Shown piece after piece: positions 47,739-57,105 of a stretch of 64,000 nt of DNA. The position numbers and the translations under genes are program-made. The stretch is taken from the NCBI GenBank assembly GCA_947085935.1, contig CAMTYE010000009.1, positions 72,021 to 136,020 on the forward strand, in the 5' to 3' direction. The notes beneath the pieces are model-generated. The model was given only the letters and a program-made list of their open reading frames with translations. It ran no database searches and had not been told where the DNA came from. Numbering within the stretch: position 1 is the first letter of the stretch; each line of letters begins with the position of its first letter. This DNA comes from an uncultured Actinomycetes bacterium (lineage in GTDB: Bacteria; Actinomycetota; Coriobacteriia; Anaerosomatales; CAMTYE01).

Positions 47739-49475
47739 GTGACATCGGGACGTAAGAGAGCAGCTCCGGGTTCGGGGCGATATGCGTTCCTGCTGGGTGT
47801 ACTGACCCTCGCGCTCGCCATCGTCGGCGGGCGCCTGGTGTATCTGCACGCCGTCGAAGGGCCGGCATTCGCCCAGAAGGCCACGAATCAGCGTACGCGC
47901 GACATCAAGCTGGCGCCGCACCGGGGGTCGATCTATGACCGGGACGGTGAGCCGCTTGCCGTGAGCCCTCCCGCGAAGACCGTCTATGCGTCCCCACGCG
48001 CCATCGAAGATGTGCCCGCTGCCGCCGCGGCGCTTGCAGGCGTGCTCGGTGGCGATGTGGCCGGCTACGAGGCCAAGCTGCGCAAGGACACCGGATTCGT
48101 CTACATCGCACGGAAGATCGACCTGAACCGGGCAGCGGCTCTGGCGGCTCTGGATATCAAGGGCATCGGTCTTCTGGAGGACTCGAAGCGCTCGTATCCG
48201 GCGGGCGAGCTTGCGTGCCAGGTACTCGGATTCGTCGGCGTTGACGATCTGGGTCTGTCCGGTCTGGAACTCCAGTACGACGATCTCCTCGCAGGAGAAC
48301 CCGGGGTGCTGCTGGCCGAGCGCGATGCATTCGGTGGTCCGATTCCCGGCGGAGTCAAGAAGTCGATCCCGCCGGTCGACGGCCAGAATCTGGTCCTGAC
48401 CATCGACAAGGATATCCAGCATGAGACCCAGGTGGCCCTCGATGCGGCCGTCGAGGAGTGGGGCGCCAAGGGCGGCACCGTCGTCGTGATGGACCCGCGT
48501 GACGGCGAGATTCTCGCGATGGCCTCGTCCCCCGGGTTCAATCCCAACAGATATGGTGAGGCCGAGCCTGCCGCGCTCCGCAACAGTGCGATATGCGATA
48601 CATACGAGCCGGGCTCGACGGTCAAGTCGCTGACGGCCGCTTCCGTGATAGACAAGGGACTGTTCGTGCCGGAGAGCACGTTCGTGCTTCCTCCGACGAT
48701 CAAGGTCGGCGGCAGGACCATAGGCGAGGCCCATGGCAGGCCGACTGTCACGTGGACGCTCACCGACATCGTAACGAACTCCTCGAATGTCGGAGCGGTC
48801 AAGCTCGGCCTGGCGCTCGGTCCCCTGGGCCTGTACGAGTACTTCGACAAGTTCGGCCTGACCGAGCGCACCGGCGTGGACTTCCCCGGTGAGGCGAAGG
48901 GCTGGCTGCCCCCCACCAGCGCTTGGTCTGCGTCGACGATCGGGACGGTCCCGTTCGGGCAGGGCATCTCGATGACCCCTTTGCAGCTTGCGCGCGCTTT
49001 GTCGGCGATCGCGGCCGGTGGCGAGATGCCCACACCCCATTTCCTTGGAGCACTGCCCGATGATCCCGACACCGAGCTCGTCTGGCCCCGCACGCGGGCC
49101 ATCTCGGCAGAGGCGGCGGCCCTGACCCGCGAGATTCTGAAGGCGGTCGTGACAGAAGGCACCGGCGGAAACGCATCGGTCCCGGGGTACGCTGTGGCCG
49201 GAAAGACCGGGACCGCGCAGAAGGTGCGTACGGACGGGGTCCCCGGGTACGCGACCGGCAAGTACGTCGCCTCGTTCTCGGGCTTCCTTCCCGCCGACGA
49301 CCCACAGGTGCTGATCATCGTTTCGATCGATGAGCCGAGCAACTCGATCTACGGTGGCACGGTGGCCGCCCCCGCATTCGCCCGCGTCGCTGCGTTCGCG
49401 GTCTCCCACCTCAAGATCCCGCCCACGATTCCGGGCTCGATAGACGAAACGGCAACAGCGGCTCCCGCCCCGTAG
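47739..49475 (+). CDS. ftsI: Class B penicillin-binding protein (FtsI-type transpeptidase)
   Basis: STVK (in EPGSTVKSL), SSN (in NSSNVG) and KTGT (in AGKTGTAQ) active-site motifs. N-terminal TM helix. SD GGAGG upstream. Confidence 0.9.
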   Translation: MTSGRKRAAPGSGRYAFLLGVLTLALAIVGGRLVYLHAVEGPAFAQKATNQRTRDIKLAPHRGSIYDRDGEPLAVSPPAKTVYASPRAIEDVPAAAAALAGVLGGDVAGYEAKLRKDTGFVYIARKIDLNRAAALAALDIKGIGLLEDSKRSYPAGELACQVLGFVGVDDLGLSGLELQYDDLLAGEPGVLLAERDAFGGPIPGGVKKSIPPVDGQNLVLTIDKDIQHETQVALDAAVEEWGAKGGTVVVMDPRDGEILAMASSPGFNPNRYGEAEPAALRNSAICDTYEPGSTVKSLTAASVIDKGLFVPESTFVLPPTIKVGGRTIGEAHGRPTVTWTLTDIVTNSSNVGAVKLGLALGPLGLYEYFDKFGLTERTGVDFPGEAKGWLPPTSAWSASTIGTVPFGQGISMTPLQLARALSAIAAGGEMPTPHFLGALPDDPDTELVWPRTRAISAEAAALTREILKAVVTEGTGGNASVPGYAVAGKTGTAQKVRTDGVPGYATGKYVASFSGFLPADDPQVLIIVSIDEPSNSIYGGTVAAPAFARVAAFAVSHLKIPPTIPGSIDETATAAPAP

Positions 49476-49529
49476 TGGGCGCGTCGTACCGGTGCTAGTA
49501 TGTGGCGTCCCGCACGGGAGAGGGTAGAG

Positions 49530-50978
49530 TTGAGCAGCGTAGACATACTCACACTCCTTGCCCCGGAGGTCTCGAGGGACTCCGACGGCGTCGACGTCAC
49601 CGGCGTGGCGTACCGCTCCGATGCGGTCCGTCCCGGCGACGCGTTCTTCTGCATTCCCGGGTACCGTCACGACGGGCACGCGTTCGCGGCCGATGCGGTC
49701 GCGCGTGGCGCGCGTGCTCTCGTGGTTCAGCACCGTATCGAGGGCGTCATGGTGCCCCAGTTCGTCGTGGCCGACTCGCGCGCGGCGCTCTCCGCCGCCG
49801 CCGCCCGGTTCTTCGGCGATCCGAGCACGAGGATGAAGGTCGCCGGAATCACCGGCACCAACGGCAAGACCACCACAACGTACCTGCTGGACAGCATCAT
49901 GCGTCGTGCGGGGATGCGCACCGGGATCATCGGCACTGTTGAGACCAGGATTGCCGAGGAGACCCTCCCGGCCGCACGGACCACCCCGGAGTCGGCCGAT
50001 CTTCAGGCGCTGCTGGCCAGGATGCTGCAGGAAGGCGTGAGTGGCGTGTCGATGGAGGTGTCGTCTCACGCGATCGACCTCGGGCGAGTGGATGCGGTCC
50101 GGTTCGCCGTGGCGGCGTTCACGAACCTCACCCAGGACCACCTCGACTACCATCACACGATCGAGGAGTACTTCTCGGTCAAGCGGCGCCTGTTCACCGA
50201 ACTCGATGTCGGCGATCGGGTGGTCAATATCGACGACGAGCTGGGAGCGGGTCTTGCGGCCGAGCTGAACCACCCGCTCACCGTCGGCCTGTCCGATGAC
50301 GCGGACGTCAGGGCGCGCGATCTCGACCTCGGACCCGGGTCCTCGCGATTCTCGCTCACGACTCCGTGGGGCGATGCTGCAGTGGTGCTCCCTCTCGCAG
50401 GTGCATACAACGTGAGCAACGCGCTCGTCGCCGCAGGGTGCGCGCTCAGCCTCGGTGTTTCTCTCGAGGACGTCGCGGTCGGACTGGCGAGCGCCCCCCA
50501 GGTTCCCGGACGGCTCGAGCGCATACGCCGCGGGCAGCCCTTTGCCGTCTTCGTCGACTACGCCCACACTCCCGATAGTCTTGAGAAGGCCATGCAGGCG
50601 GTCCGTGCCGTGACGCCGGGCCGTCTCATCGTCGTCTTCGGCTGCGGCGGCGATCGTGATCCTGCCAAGCGGCCGCTCATGGGCGAGGCCGCTGCGCTCT
50701 TTGCGGATCATGTCGTGATCACGAGCGACAATCCCCGCACCGAGGATCCGGTGGGCATCATCCTCCAGATCGAGGATGGGGTTCGCAAGATCGGTGGATC
50801 GTATGAGACCGCGGTGGACCGGCGCACGGCCATCACGAGCGCGCTGTGTCAGGCGGCAGAGGGTGACGCCGTGCTCATCGCCGGCAAGGGCCACGAGGAC
50901 TACCAGGTGTTTGCGGACCGAACCGTGCACTTCGACGACCGTGAGGTCGCTGCCGAGGAGTTGGACCGGCTGTGCTGA
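49530..50978 (+). CDS. murE: UDP-N-acetylmuramoyl-L-alanyl-D-glutamate--2,6-diaminopimelate ligase
   Basis: GITGTNGKTTT P-loop. The DNPR motif (ITSDNPRTEDP) indicates the meso-DAP type. TTG at 49530 is preceded by GGGAGAGGG. ATG at 49500 (no SD) is an alternative start. Confidence 0.9.
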   Translation: MSSVDILTLLAPEVSRDSDGVDVTGVAYRSDAVRPGDAFFCIPGYRHDGHAFAADAVARGARALVVQHRIEGVMVPQFVVADSRAALSAAAARFFGDPSTRMKVAGITGTNGKTTTTYLLDSIMRRAGMRTGIIGTVETRIAEETLPAARTTPESADLQALLARMLQEGVSGVSMEVSSHAIDLGRVDAVRFAVAAFTNLTQDHLDYHHTIEEYFSVKRRLFTELDVGDRVVNIDDELGAGLAAELNHPLTVGLSDDADVRARDLDLGPGSSRFSLTTPWGDAAVVLPLAGAYNVSNALVAAGCALSLGVSLEDVAVGLASAPQVPGRLERIRRGQPFAVFVDYAHTPDSLEKAMQAVRAVTPGRLIVVFGCGGDRDPAKRPLMGEAAALFADHVVITSDNPRTEDPVGIILQIEDGVRKIGGSYETAVDRRTAITSALCQAAEGDAVLIAGKGHEDYQVFADRTVHFDDREVAAEELDRLC

Positions 50979-52384
50979 CGATCTCAGTCGAGAGGCTCAT
51001 CGAACTCACCGGCGGCGAACTCGTCTGCGGTGAAGGATCGGGCATGCTCAACGATGTCGCCGTGGATTCGCGCGATGTCGGCCCGGGCAATCTCTTCGTC
51101 GCCTTTGAAGGCGAACGTGTGGACGGGCATACATACCTGCTCGAGGCTATGGCCAGGGGAGCCCGAGGTCTGCTTGTCACCAAGAGCGTCGACCAGATGC
51201 GCCCGGCGATTGAGCTGGCGGTGCAGCGCGGCGTCGCAATCGTGCGCGTACCCGATGCGCTCGCAGCTGTGCAGCGGTTGGCGGAGCACCACAGATCCCG
51301 CCTGTTCTGCCCCGTGATCGGCGTGACGGGTTCGACGGGCAAGACGACGACGAAGGACTTCATTCGCAGCGTGCTGGGTGTCAGCCGGCGGGTCGTTGCG
51401 ACGAGTGGGAACCGGAACAACGAACTCGGCGTACCGCTCACGGTGATGCAGGCCGGCGCCGATACAGACGTGCTCGTCGTCGAGATGGCGATGCGGGGGA
51501 TCGGGCAGATCAGGGACCTGGCGCTGATAGCCAGGCCGACAGCCGGCTTGATCACCAATATCGGAACCAGCCACATCGAGCTTCTGGGTACACAGGATGC
51601 CATCGTGCAGGCCAAGGGTGAGCTGGTCGCATCGATCGGCGCCGAGGGAGTGGTGTTCCTCAACGGGGACGATGCGTTCAGCGAACGCCTCTCGCCACTG
51701 ACGCAAGCGCGCATCGTCCGGTACGGGCTGGCGGAGACGAGCGACCCGCGTGCCGAGGATATCGAAACCGATTCGGAGAGCATGCCCTCGTTCGATCTGG
51801 TCATGAGCGGTACGCGCCGCCGTATCACGCTCCGGGTTCCCGGGCGCCACAACGTATACAATGCGCTCGCGGCAGCCGCCGTGGCGAACAGCCTCGGGAT
51901 GTCGATCGGGCAGATCCAGGAAGGGCTCGAGGCCGCTGAGTCAGGCGAGATGCGTATGCAGACGTTCCTCACAGCGGGCGGGATCACTGTCATCAACGAT
52001 GCGTACAACGCGAACCCGACCTCCATGCGCGCGGCGATCGAGACGCTGGCCGGGATGACCGCGGCCGATGCGCGGGTCGCGGTCCTGGGCGACATGGCGG
52101 AGCTGGGTTCGCTCGCGGAGCTCGCGCACTTCCGTATCGGGGAACGCGTCGCCGAGCTGCCCATCGATTCGCTGGTAACCGTTGGCGAACGCGCCGCGCA
52201 CATCGCCGATGGTGCGCGGGCCGCCGGGATGCCCGCTTCGGATATCCGCCCGTGCGCTACGGTCGAGGAGGCGAGTGAGGTTCTGGACGACCTCATGGCT
52301 CCCGGCGAAGCGGTTCTGGTGAAGGCCTCCCGCGTCATGGGCCTCGAGCGTGTCGTCGAGGGGCTGGTGAACCCCCGTGTTTAG
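50972..52384 (+). CDS. murF: UDP-N-acetylmuramoyl-tripeptide--D-alanyl-D-alanine ligase
   Basis: GVTGSTGKTTTK P-loop. 470 aa. Overlaps the murE 3' end. Confidence 0.9.
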   Translation: MLTISVERLIELTGGELVCGEGSGMLNDVAVDSRDVGPGNLFVAFEGERVDGHTYLLEAMARGARGLLVTKSVDQMRPAIELAVQRGVAIVRVPDALAAVQRLAEHHRSRLFCPVIGVTGSTGKTTTKDFIRSVLGVSRRVVATSGNRNNELGVPLTVMQAGADTDVLVVEMAMRGIGQIRDLALIARPTAGLITNIGTSHIELLGTQDAIVQAKGELVASIGAEGVVFLNGDDAFSERLSPLTQARIVRYGLAETSDPRAEDIETDSESMPSFDLVMSGTRRRITLRVPGRHNVYNALAAAAVANSLGMSIGQIQEGLEAAESGEMRMQTFLTAGGITVINDAYNANPTSMRAAIETLAGMTAADARVAVLGDMAELGSLAELAHFRIGERVAELPIDSLVTVGERAAHIADGARAAGMPASDIRPCATVEEASEVLDDLMAPGEAVLVKASRVMGLERVVEGLVNPRV

Positions 52385-53420
52385 CCTGGCACAGTATCCT
52401 TCGTACCAGGTCTTCCTTGGTGTCGTTCTCGCGCTTGTCGCATGCGCCGCCCTGTTCCCGCTGTGGATACGCCTGCTCCGCTTCCGCAACATCGGGCAGC
52501 AGGTGCGGGCAGACGGCCCTCAAGGACACCTCGTCAAGCAAGGTACGCCGACGATGGGTGGTGTACTCATCCTGCTCGTGGTGTCGGCGGTCTACGTGAT
52601 CATGGGTGACTTCGGTCGGCGCTCGGTTCTCGCTCTCGTGGCCATGCTTGCCTGCGGCGTGCTGGGGTTCTTCGACGACTGGTCGAAGGTCGCGCACGAA
52701 CGCTCCTTGGGCCTGACTCCCCGGGCGAAGATCGCCGGCCAGGCGCTGGTGGCGCTGTCCTTCGGTCTGCTGGCAGTGAACTGGGGCGGCATCGCGCCCG
52801 TGGTCACCCTGCCGCTCGTCCCGGGAGCGCTCGACCTCGGTGTCGTGACGTCGACCCTGCAGCTCGGCGGTTTTGTCATGAGCGTGCCGTGGATCTATCT
52901 CGGCCTTGTGTTCGTGATGGTGGTCGGGGAGAGCAATGCGGTGAACCTCACTGACGGTCTTGACGGCCTTGCCGCAGGTACTGTCACCATCGTCATGCTT
53001 GCGTACGCGGGAATCGCGTTCCGGCAGAACCACCTGGACGTCGCGCTGCTCGCCGCCAGCGTCGCGGGCGCGTGCATCGGCTTCCTGTGGTACAACAGCT
53101 ATCCCGCCGACATCTTCATGGGCGACACCGGTTCGCTCGGTCTCGGCGCCGGCATCGCAGCGCTCGCGATCATCACCAAGACAGAGCTGCTACTCCTTCT
53201 CATCGGCGGTATATACCTCGCCGAGACGCTCTCCGTGGTCATGCAGGTGGCGTCGTTCAAGCTGACGGGCAAACGCATCTTCAGGATGGCTCCACTTCAC
53301 CACCACTTCGAGATGCTCGGCTGGTCGGAAACGAAGGTCATGGTCCGGTTCTGGATCATCACCGGGATACTCGCCGGTGCGGGCTTCGCGCTGTTCTTCG
53401 TCAGTTCGGTGAGGCGGTAA
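52377..53420 (+). CDS. mraY: Phospho-N-acetylmuramoyl-pentapeptide transferase
   Basis: FFDDW, NAVNLTDGLDGLA and PLHHHFE motifs. Confidence 0.95.
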   Translation: MFSLAQYPSYQVFLGVVLALVACAALFPLWIRLLRFRNIGQQVRADGPQGHLVKQGTPTMGGVLILLVVSAVYVIMGDFGRRSVLALVAMLACGVLGFFDDWSKVAHERSLGLTPRAKIAGQALVALSFGLLAVNWGGIAPVVTLPLVPGALDLGVVTSTLQLGGFVMSVPWIYLGLVFVMVVGESNAVNLTDGLDGLAAGTVTIVMLAYAGIAFRQNHLDVALLAASVAGACIGFLWYNSYPADIFMGDTGSLGLGAGIAALAIITKTELLLLLIGGIYLAETLSVVMQVASFKLTGKRIFRMAPLHHHFEMLGWSETKVMVRFWIITGILAGAGFALFFVSSVRR

Positions 53421-53422
53421 CG

Positions 53423-54805
53423 ATGTCTGCGCTCGAGCAGAGAATCGCGGTCCTGGGCCTTGGAGCTTCCGGTCGCGCTGTCATGGAGTTCTTCGGCGAC
53501 AAGATGCGGGCGGGGACCGTTGAGGTCGTAGGATTCGATTCCGGAGACGACCCGCGGCTGCGGGGCGTCGCACACGAGCTGCGGGCCCGGGGTTTCGCCG
53601 TCGAACTGGGTGCTTCGGAGATCGTCGGTGCGTACGATCTGGCGGTCATGAGCCCGGGTATCCCGCCGCATGCACCGCTGATGGCATCGGCGCTGGCCCG
53701 TGCATCTCGCGTAGTGGGCGAGATCGAATTCGCGTTCGAGAACTCCGTCGCGCCATGGATCGCGGTCACCGGCACCAACGGCAAGACAACGGTAACCAGC
53801 CTCGTCGCCCATCTCCTGCGTGAAGCGGGGCTGGCGATCGAGTGCGTCGGCAATATCGGTCATCCGGCGATCTCGGTCGTTGAAGGAGCGGGTGCTTCCA
53901 CGGCTCTCGTCGCCGAGGTGTCATCGTTCCAGCTGGCCCACACCGGGCGGTTCCACCCCCGCGTCTCAGTCCTGCTCAACATCACCGAGGATCACATCGA
54001 CTGGCACGGGTCGTTCGACGCGTACTCGGCCGCCAAGGCCCGGATCTTCGCGAACCAGCAACGCGGCGACACAGCCGTCATCGACGTGGACGACGCCGGA
54101 TCGGCCGTCTATGCCGAAGGAGTCGAGCTGCGTGGCGTCAACGTCATCAGGGTCTCGCGGAGGAGGCTCGTGCCTGGAGGTGCCGGGGTCGAGGCGGGCA
54201 TGCTCGTTCTCGACACACCCGGGGGAGTACTGTCCCTGGTGCCTCCCGATCAGCTTCAGATACGGGGAGCCCACAACGTCTCGAATGCCCTCGCAGCCGC
54301 GGCGGCTGCGTACGCATGGGGTCTTTCGCCGGAGGACATTCGGGCCGGGCTGCGGAGTTTCGCCCCGCTCGAGCACAGACTGGAGCCCGTCGGCGTCTCG
54401 GACGGTGTCGAGTACTTCAACGACTCGAAGGCCACGAATCCGGGAGCGACGTTGATGGCACTCACGGCTTTCGAGGGCAGACCCGTCGTTCTGATGCTCG
54501 GCGGGCGCAACAAGGACAACGAGTTCGCGGAGATCGCCCGGGCGGCCGTGGCCTCTTGCAGGGCCGTGGTCGTCTTCGGTGAGGCACGTGAGCAGATAGG
54601 AGCGGAGCTTCGCCGCGAAGGTCTCGATCCGGTTTCCGCCGCGACCATGCTGGCCGCCCTTGATGAGGCTCGCGCGATCGCGATCCCTGGCGACGTCGTA
54701 CTGCTCTCGCCCGCGTGTGCGTCGTTCGACGAGTTCGGCGGATACGCCGAGCGCGGCCGGGCATTCGCGCACGCTGTCGCGCTGGCCGAGGGGAGCGATA
54801 CGTGA
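53423..54805 (+). CDS. murD: UDP-N-acetylmuramoylalanine--D-glutamate ligase
   Basis: VLGLGASGRA Rossmann motif and VTGTNGKTTV P-loop. The ORF-track start at 53072 overlaps mraY and is rejected. Confidence 0.93.
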   Translation: MSALEQRIAVLGLGASGRAVMEFFGDKMRAGTVEVVGFDSGDDPRLRGVAHELRARGFAVELGASEIVGAYDLAVMSPGIPPHAPLMASALARASRVVGEIEFAFENSVAPWIAVTGTNGKTTVTSLVAHLLREAGLAIECVGNIGHPAISVVEGAGASTALVAEVSSFQLAHTGRFHPRVSVLLNITEDHIDWHGSFDAYSAAKARIFANQQRGDTAVIDVDDAGSAVYAEGVELRGVNVIRVSRRRLVPGGAGVEAGMLVLDTPGGVLSLVPPDQLQIRGAHNVSNALAAAAAAYAWGLSPEDIRAGLRSFAPLEHRLEPVGVSDGVEYFNDSKATNPGATLMALTAFEGRPVVLMLGGRNKDNEFAEIARAAVASCRAVVVFGEAREQIGAELRREGLDPVSAATMLAALDEARAIAIPGDVVLLSPACASFDEFGGYAERGRAFAHAVALAEGSDT

Positions 54806-56043
54806 GTCGTTCGCCCACATATGCCGGGGGCGCTCGCTCGCGCTACCTGCTGCTCGCTTCGGCATTGTTCCTCGTGCTCATGGGGCTCGTCATGGTGTAC
54901 TCGGCATCCTCGGTGTCCGATCTCGTCAAGAGAGGCGACGCTGAGCTGCACCTGAAGAAGCATGCGATCTCGATTCTGCTGGGTGCCGTTGCGCTGGCGG
55001 CTGCGCAACGCATCGACTACCGGATGATCAAGCGCTGGACCTGGTCGCTGTACGGCGCATGCGTCGCCGCACTCGTTGCGGTTCTGCTCGTGGGCGTGGG
55101 AGCCAACGGGGCCAAGAGTTGGATCGATCTGGGGCCGACGACGATACAGCCCTCCGAGTACGCGAAACTCGCCTGTATCCTGGTCGTCGCGCTGCTCTTC
55201 GCTCAGCTCAAGGAGGGCAGGCTCACGACGACGGCGTTCTGGGGCAGACTCGCACTCGCGTGCGGTGTGGTCGCGCTCCTGGTGATGCTGCAACCGGACA
55301 TGGGGACTACCGCATCGATCGTGCTCGCGGTCTACTTCATGCTCCTCCTCGGAGGAACGAGTCTCGCGGTGCTCGGCTCCGTCGCAGCGGTCGGCGGAGC
55401 TGCGGCTGTGGCGCTGATGTACGGAGCCGCGTACCGCGTCGACCGGATCACGGCGTTCATCGATCCGTGGTCGGACCCTCAGGGCATCGGGTACCAGAGC
55501 ATCCAGTCGATGCTCGCGTTCGGCTCCGGCGGGCTGACGGGCGTCGGTCTCGGGATGTCGCGGCAGAAGTTCTTCTACCTGCCCGAAGCGCATAATGACT
55601 TCATTTTCGCCATCATCGGCGAGGAACTGGGTCTCGTGGGCACGCTCGCAGTCGTGGCTGCGTTCATCGTCTTCGCGTGGGCGGGGATTCGAATCGCGCT
55701 AGGAACCCGGGACACGTTCGGCAGGCTGCTCGCAGCCGGGCTGACCACGGTGCTCGTGGGTCAGGCGCTGATGAACATGGCAGCGGTCACGAGTCTGACG
55801 CCCGTGACGGGCATTCCGATGCCACTGGTGAGCTACGGTGGTACAGCGATGACGTTCGCCATGACATGCGTCGGAATCATCTTGTCCGTCTCTTCGCACG
55901 GCCACTCTCCGGTGAGAGGGGTTCGAGCATCCACGACTACCGAGGAGAAGCCACGTGCGCGTGATGATGAGCGGAGGGGGAACGGCCGGCCACGTCTATC
56001 CCGCACTGGCAGTGGCCGAGCGGCTGCTCGAAGGCGGGCGTAG
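54802..56043 (+). CDS. ftsW: SEDS-family peptidoglycan glycosyltransferase FtsW
   Basis: Polytopic, with IQPSEYAKL and LPEAHNDFIFA motifs. GTGA overlap with murD. An Arg-rich C-tail overlaps murG by 89 nt. Confidence 0.9.
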   Translation: MSRSPTYAGGARSRYLLLASALFLVLMGLVMVYSASSVSDLVKRGDAELHLKKHAISILLGAVALAAAQRIDYRMIKRWTWSLYGACVAALVAVLLVGVGANGAKSWIDLGPTTIQPSEYAKLACILVVALLFAQLKEGRLTTTAFWGRLALACGVVALLVMLQPDMGTTASIVLAVYFMLLLGGTSLAVLGSVAAVGGAAAVALMYGAAYRVDRITAFIDPWSDPQGIGYQSIQSMLAFGSGGLTGVGLGMSRQKFFYLPEAHNDFIFAIIGEELGLVGTLAVVAAFIVFAWAGIRIALGTRDTFGRLLAAGLTTVLVGQALMNMAAVTSLTPVTGIPMPLVSYGGTAMTFAMTCVGIILSVSSHGHSPVRGVRASTTTEEKPRARDDERRGNGRPRLSRTGSGRAAARRRA

Positions 56044-57097
56044 CGAGGTCGCGTTCCTGGGCACTCCGGACGGCCTTGAGGCCTGTCTCGTACCCGAGGC
56101 GGGCATTGAGTTCGTGGGGATGAAGGCGCGAGGGTTCGACCGCTCGCGGCTGCTGTCCCTGCCGGTCGCGCTCGCCGTTCTGGCCTCGTCGTCTCTGCGG
56201 GCGGTCCGTCTCATACGGATGCGAAGGCCGGATGTCGTGGTCGGTTTCGGGGGCTACGTATCGATTCCCGTCGGTGTGGCGGCTGTACTGACGCGAACGC
56301 CACTCGTACTGCTCGAGCAGAACTCGGTCCCCGGCATGGCCAACAGGTTACTGTCTCGGTGGGCTCAGGCGGTGGGGGTCACGTACGCTTCCTCGGGTGA
56401 GCTGCTCGCGTTCCCGGACCGCGCCGTGCTCACCGGAAACCCCGTGCGCTCCTCGGTGCTTGAGGCCGTGCGCGACCGGGGGCGTGCGGCTCTCGGCGTG
56501 TCCGATGATGCCGTGATCCTTCTTGTGTTCGGGGGCAGCAGGGGAGCCCGTCACCTCAACCGGACGGTGGTAGCCATCCGCGAGAAGCTCCTGGGCGACC
56601 AGGCGGTGCACATCGTTCATGTCGCAGGCCGAGGAGAGGTCGCCGAGGTGCGGGAGGCGCTTGGCCTGGCTCCCGATGCGCGAACCGACGTCACGGGGAG
56701 GTACCATGTCTACGACTACGTTGAGGATATGGGTAGCGTCATAGCGGCTGCGGATCTCGTGCTGGCGCGCGCGGGTGCCACCTCCATCGCGGAGATCACG
56801 GCGCTTGGCAGGCCGGCTGTTCTCGTGCCTTACCCGCACGCGACGGACGATCACCAGACAACCAACGCGCGTGCGTTCGTCGATGCCGGCGGCGCTGTCA
56901 TGGTCCGGGATCGCGACCTGGATGCGCCCGAGTTCGTCGGGACGTTGACGGCGCTGCTCGCCGACGCCCGTCGCCGTGCTACCATGGCTGCCGCGTCGGC
57001 AACCCTCGGACGGCCCGACGCGGCGCACAGTGTTGTCCGCCTGATCGAGGAATCCGCCGGATCCGGGGCCAAGCGTGCCCCGGCGCGTAGCGAGTAG
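55955..57097 (+). CDS. murG: Lipid II synthase MurG (UDP-GlcNAc transferase)
   Basis: MRVMMSGGGTAGHVYPALAVA N-terminus. SD GAGGAG lies 7 nt before the GTG. Confidence 0.92.
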   Translation: MRVMMSGGGTAGHVYPALAVAERLLEGGRSEVAFLGTPDGLEACLVPEAGIEFVGMKARGFDRSRLLSLPVALAVLASSSLRAVRLIRMRRPDVVVGFGGYVSIPVGVAAVLTRTPLVLLEQNSVPGMANRLLSRWAQAVGVTYASSGELLAFPDRAVLTGNPVRSSVLEAVRDRGRAALGVSDDAVILLVFGGSRGARHLNRTVVAIREKLLGDQAVHIVHVAGRGEVAEVREALGLAPDARTDVTGRYHVYDYVEDMGSVIAAADLVLARAGATSIAEITALGRPAVLVPYPHATDDHQTTNARAFVDAGGAVMVRDRDLDAPEFVGTLTALLADARRRATMAAASATLGRPDAAHSVVRLIEESAGSGAKRAPARSE

Positions 57098-57105
57098 GAG
57101 CCAGT

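Noticed and set aside
47691-50930. Very long antisense ORFs. Examples: 1079 aa at 47691-50930 (-), 876 aa at 38693-41323 (-), 590 aa at 22855-24627 (-) and 504 aa at 14822-16336 (-).
   Set aside because: They lie opposite genes with unambiguous motif-supported identities (ftsI/murE, the ABC transporter, recN, the carboxyltransferase). They are Arg/Pro/Gly-rich low-complexity translations, as expected from stop-codon depletion in high-G+C DNA.
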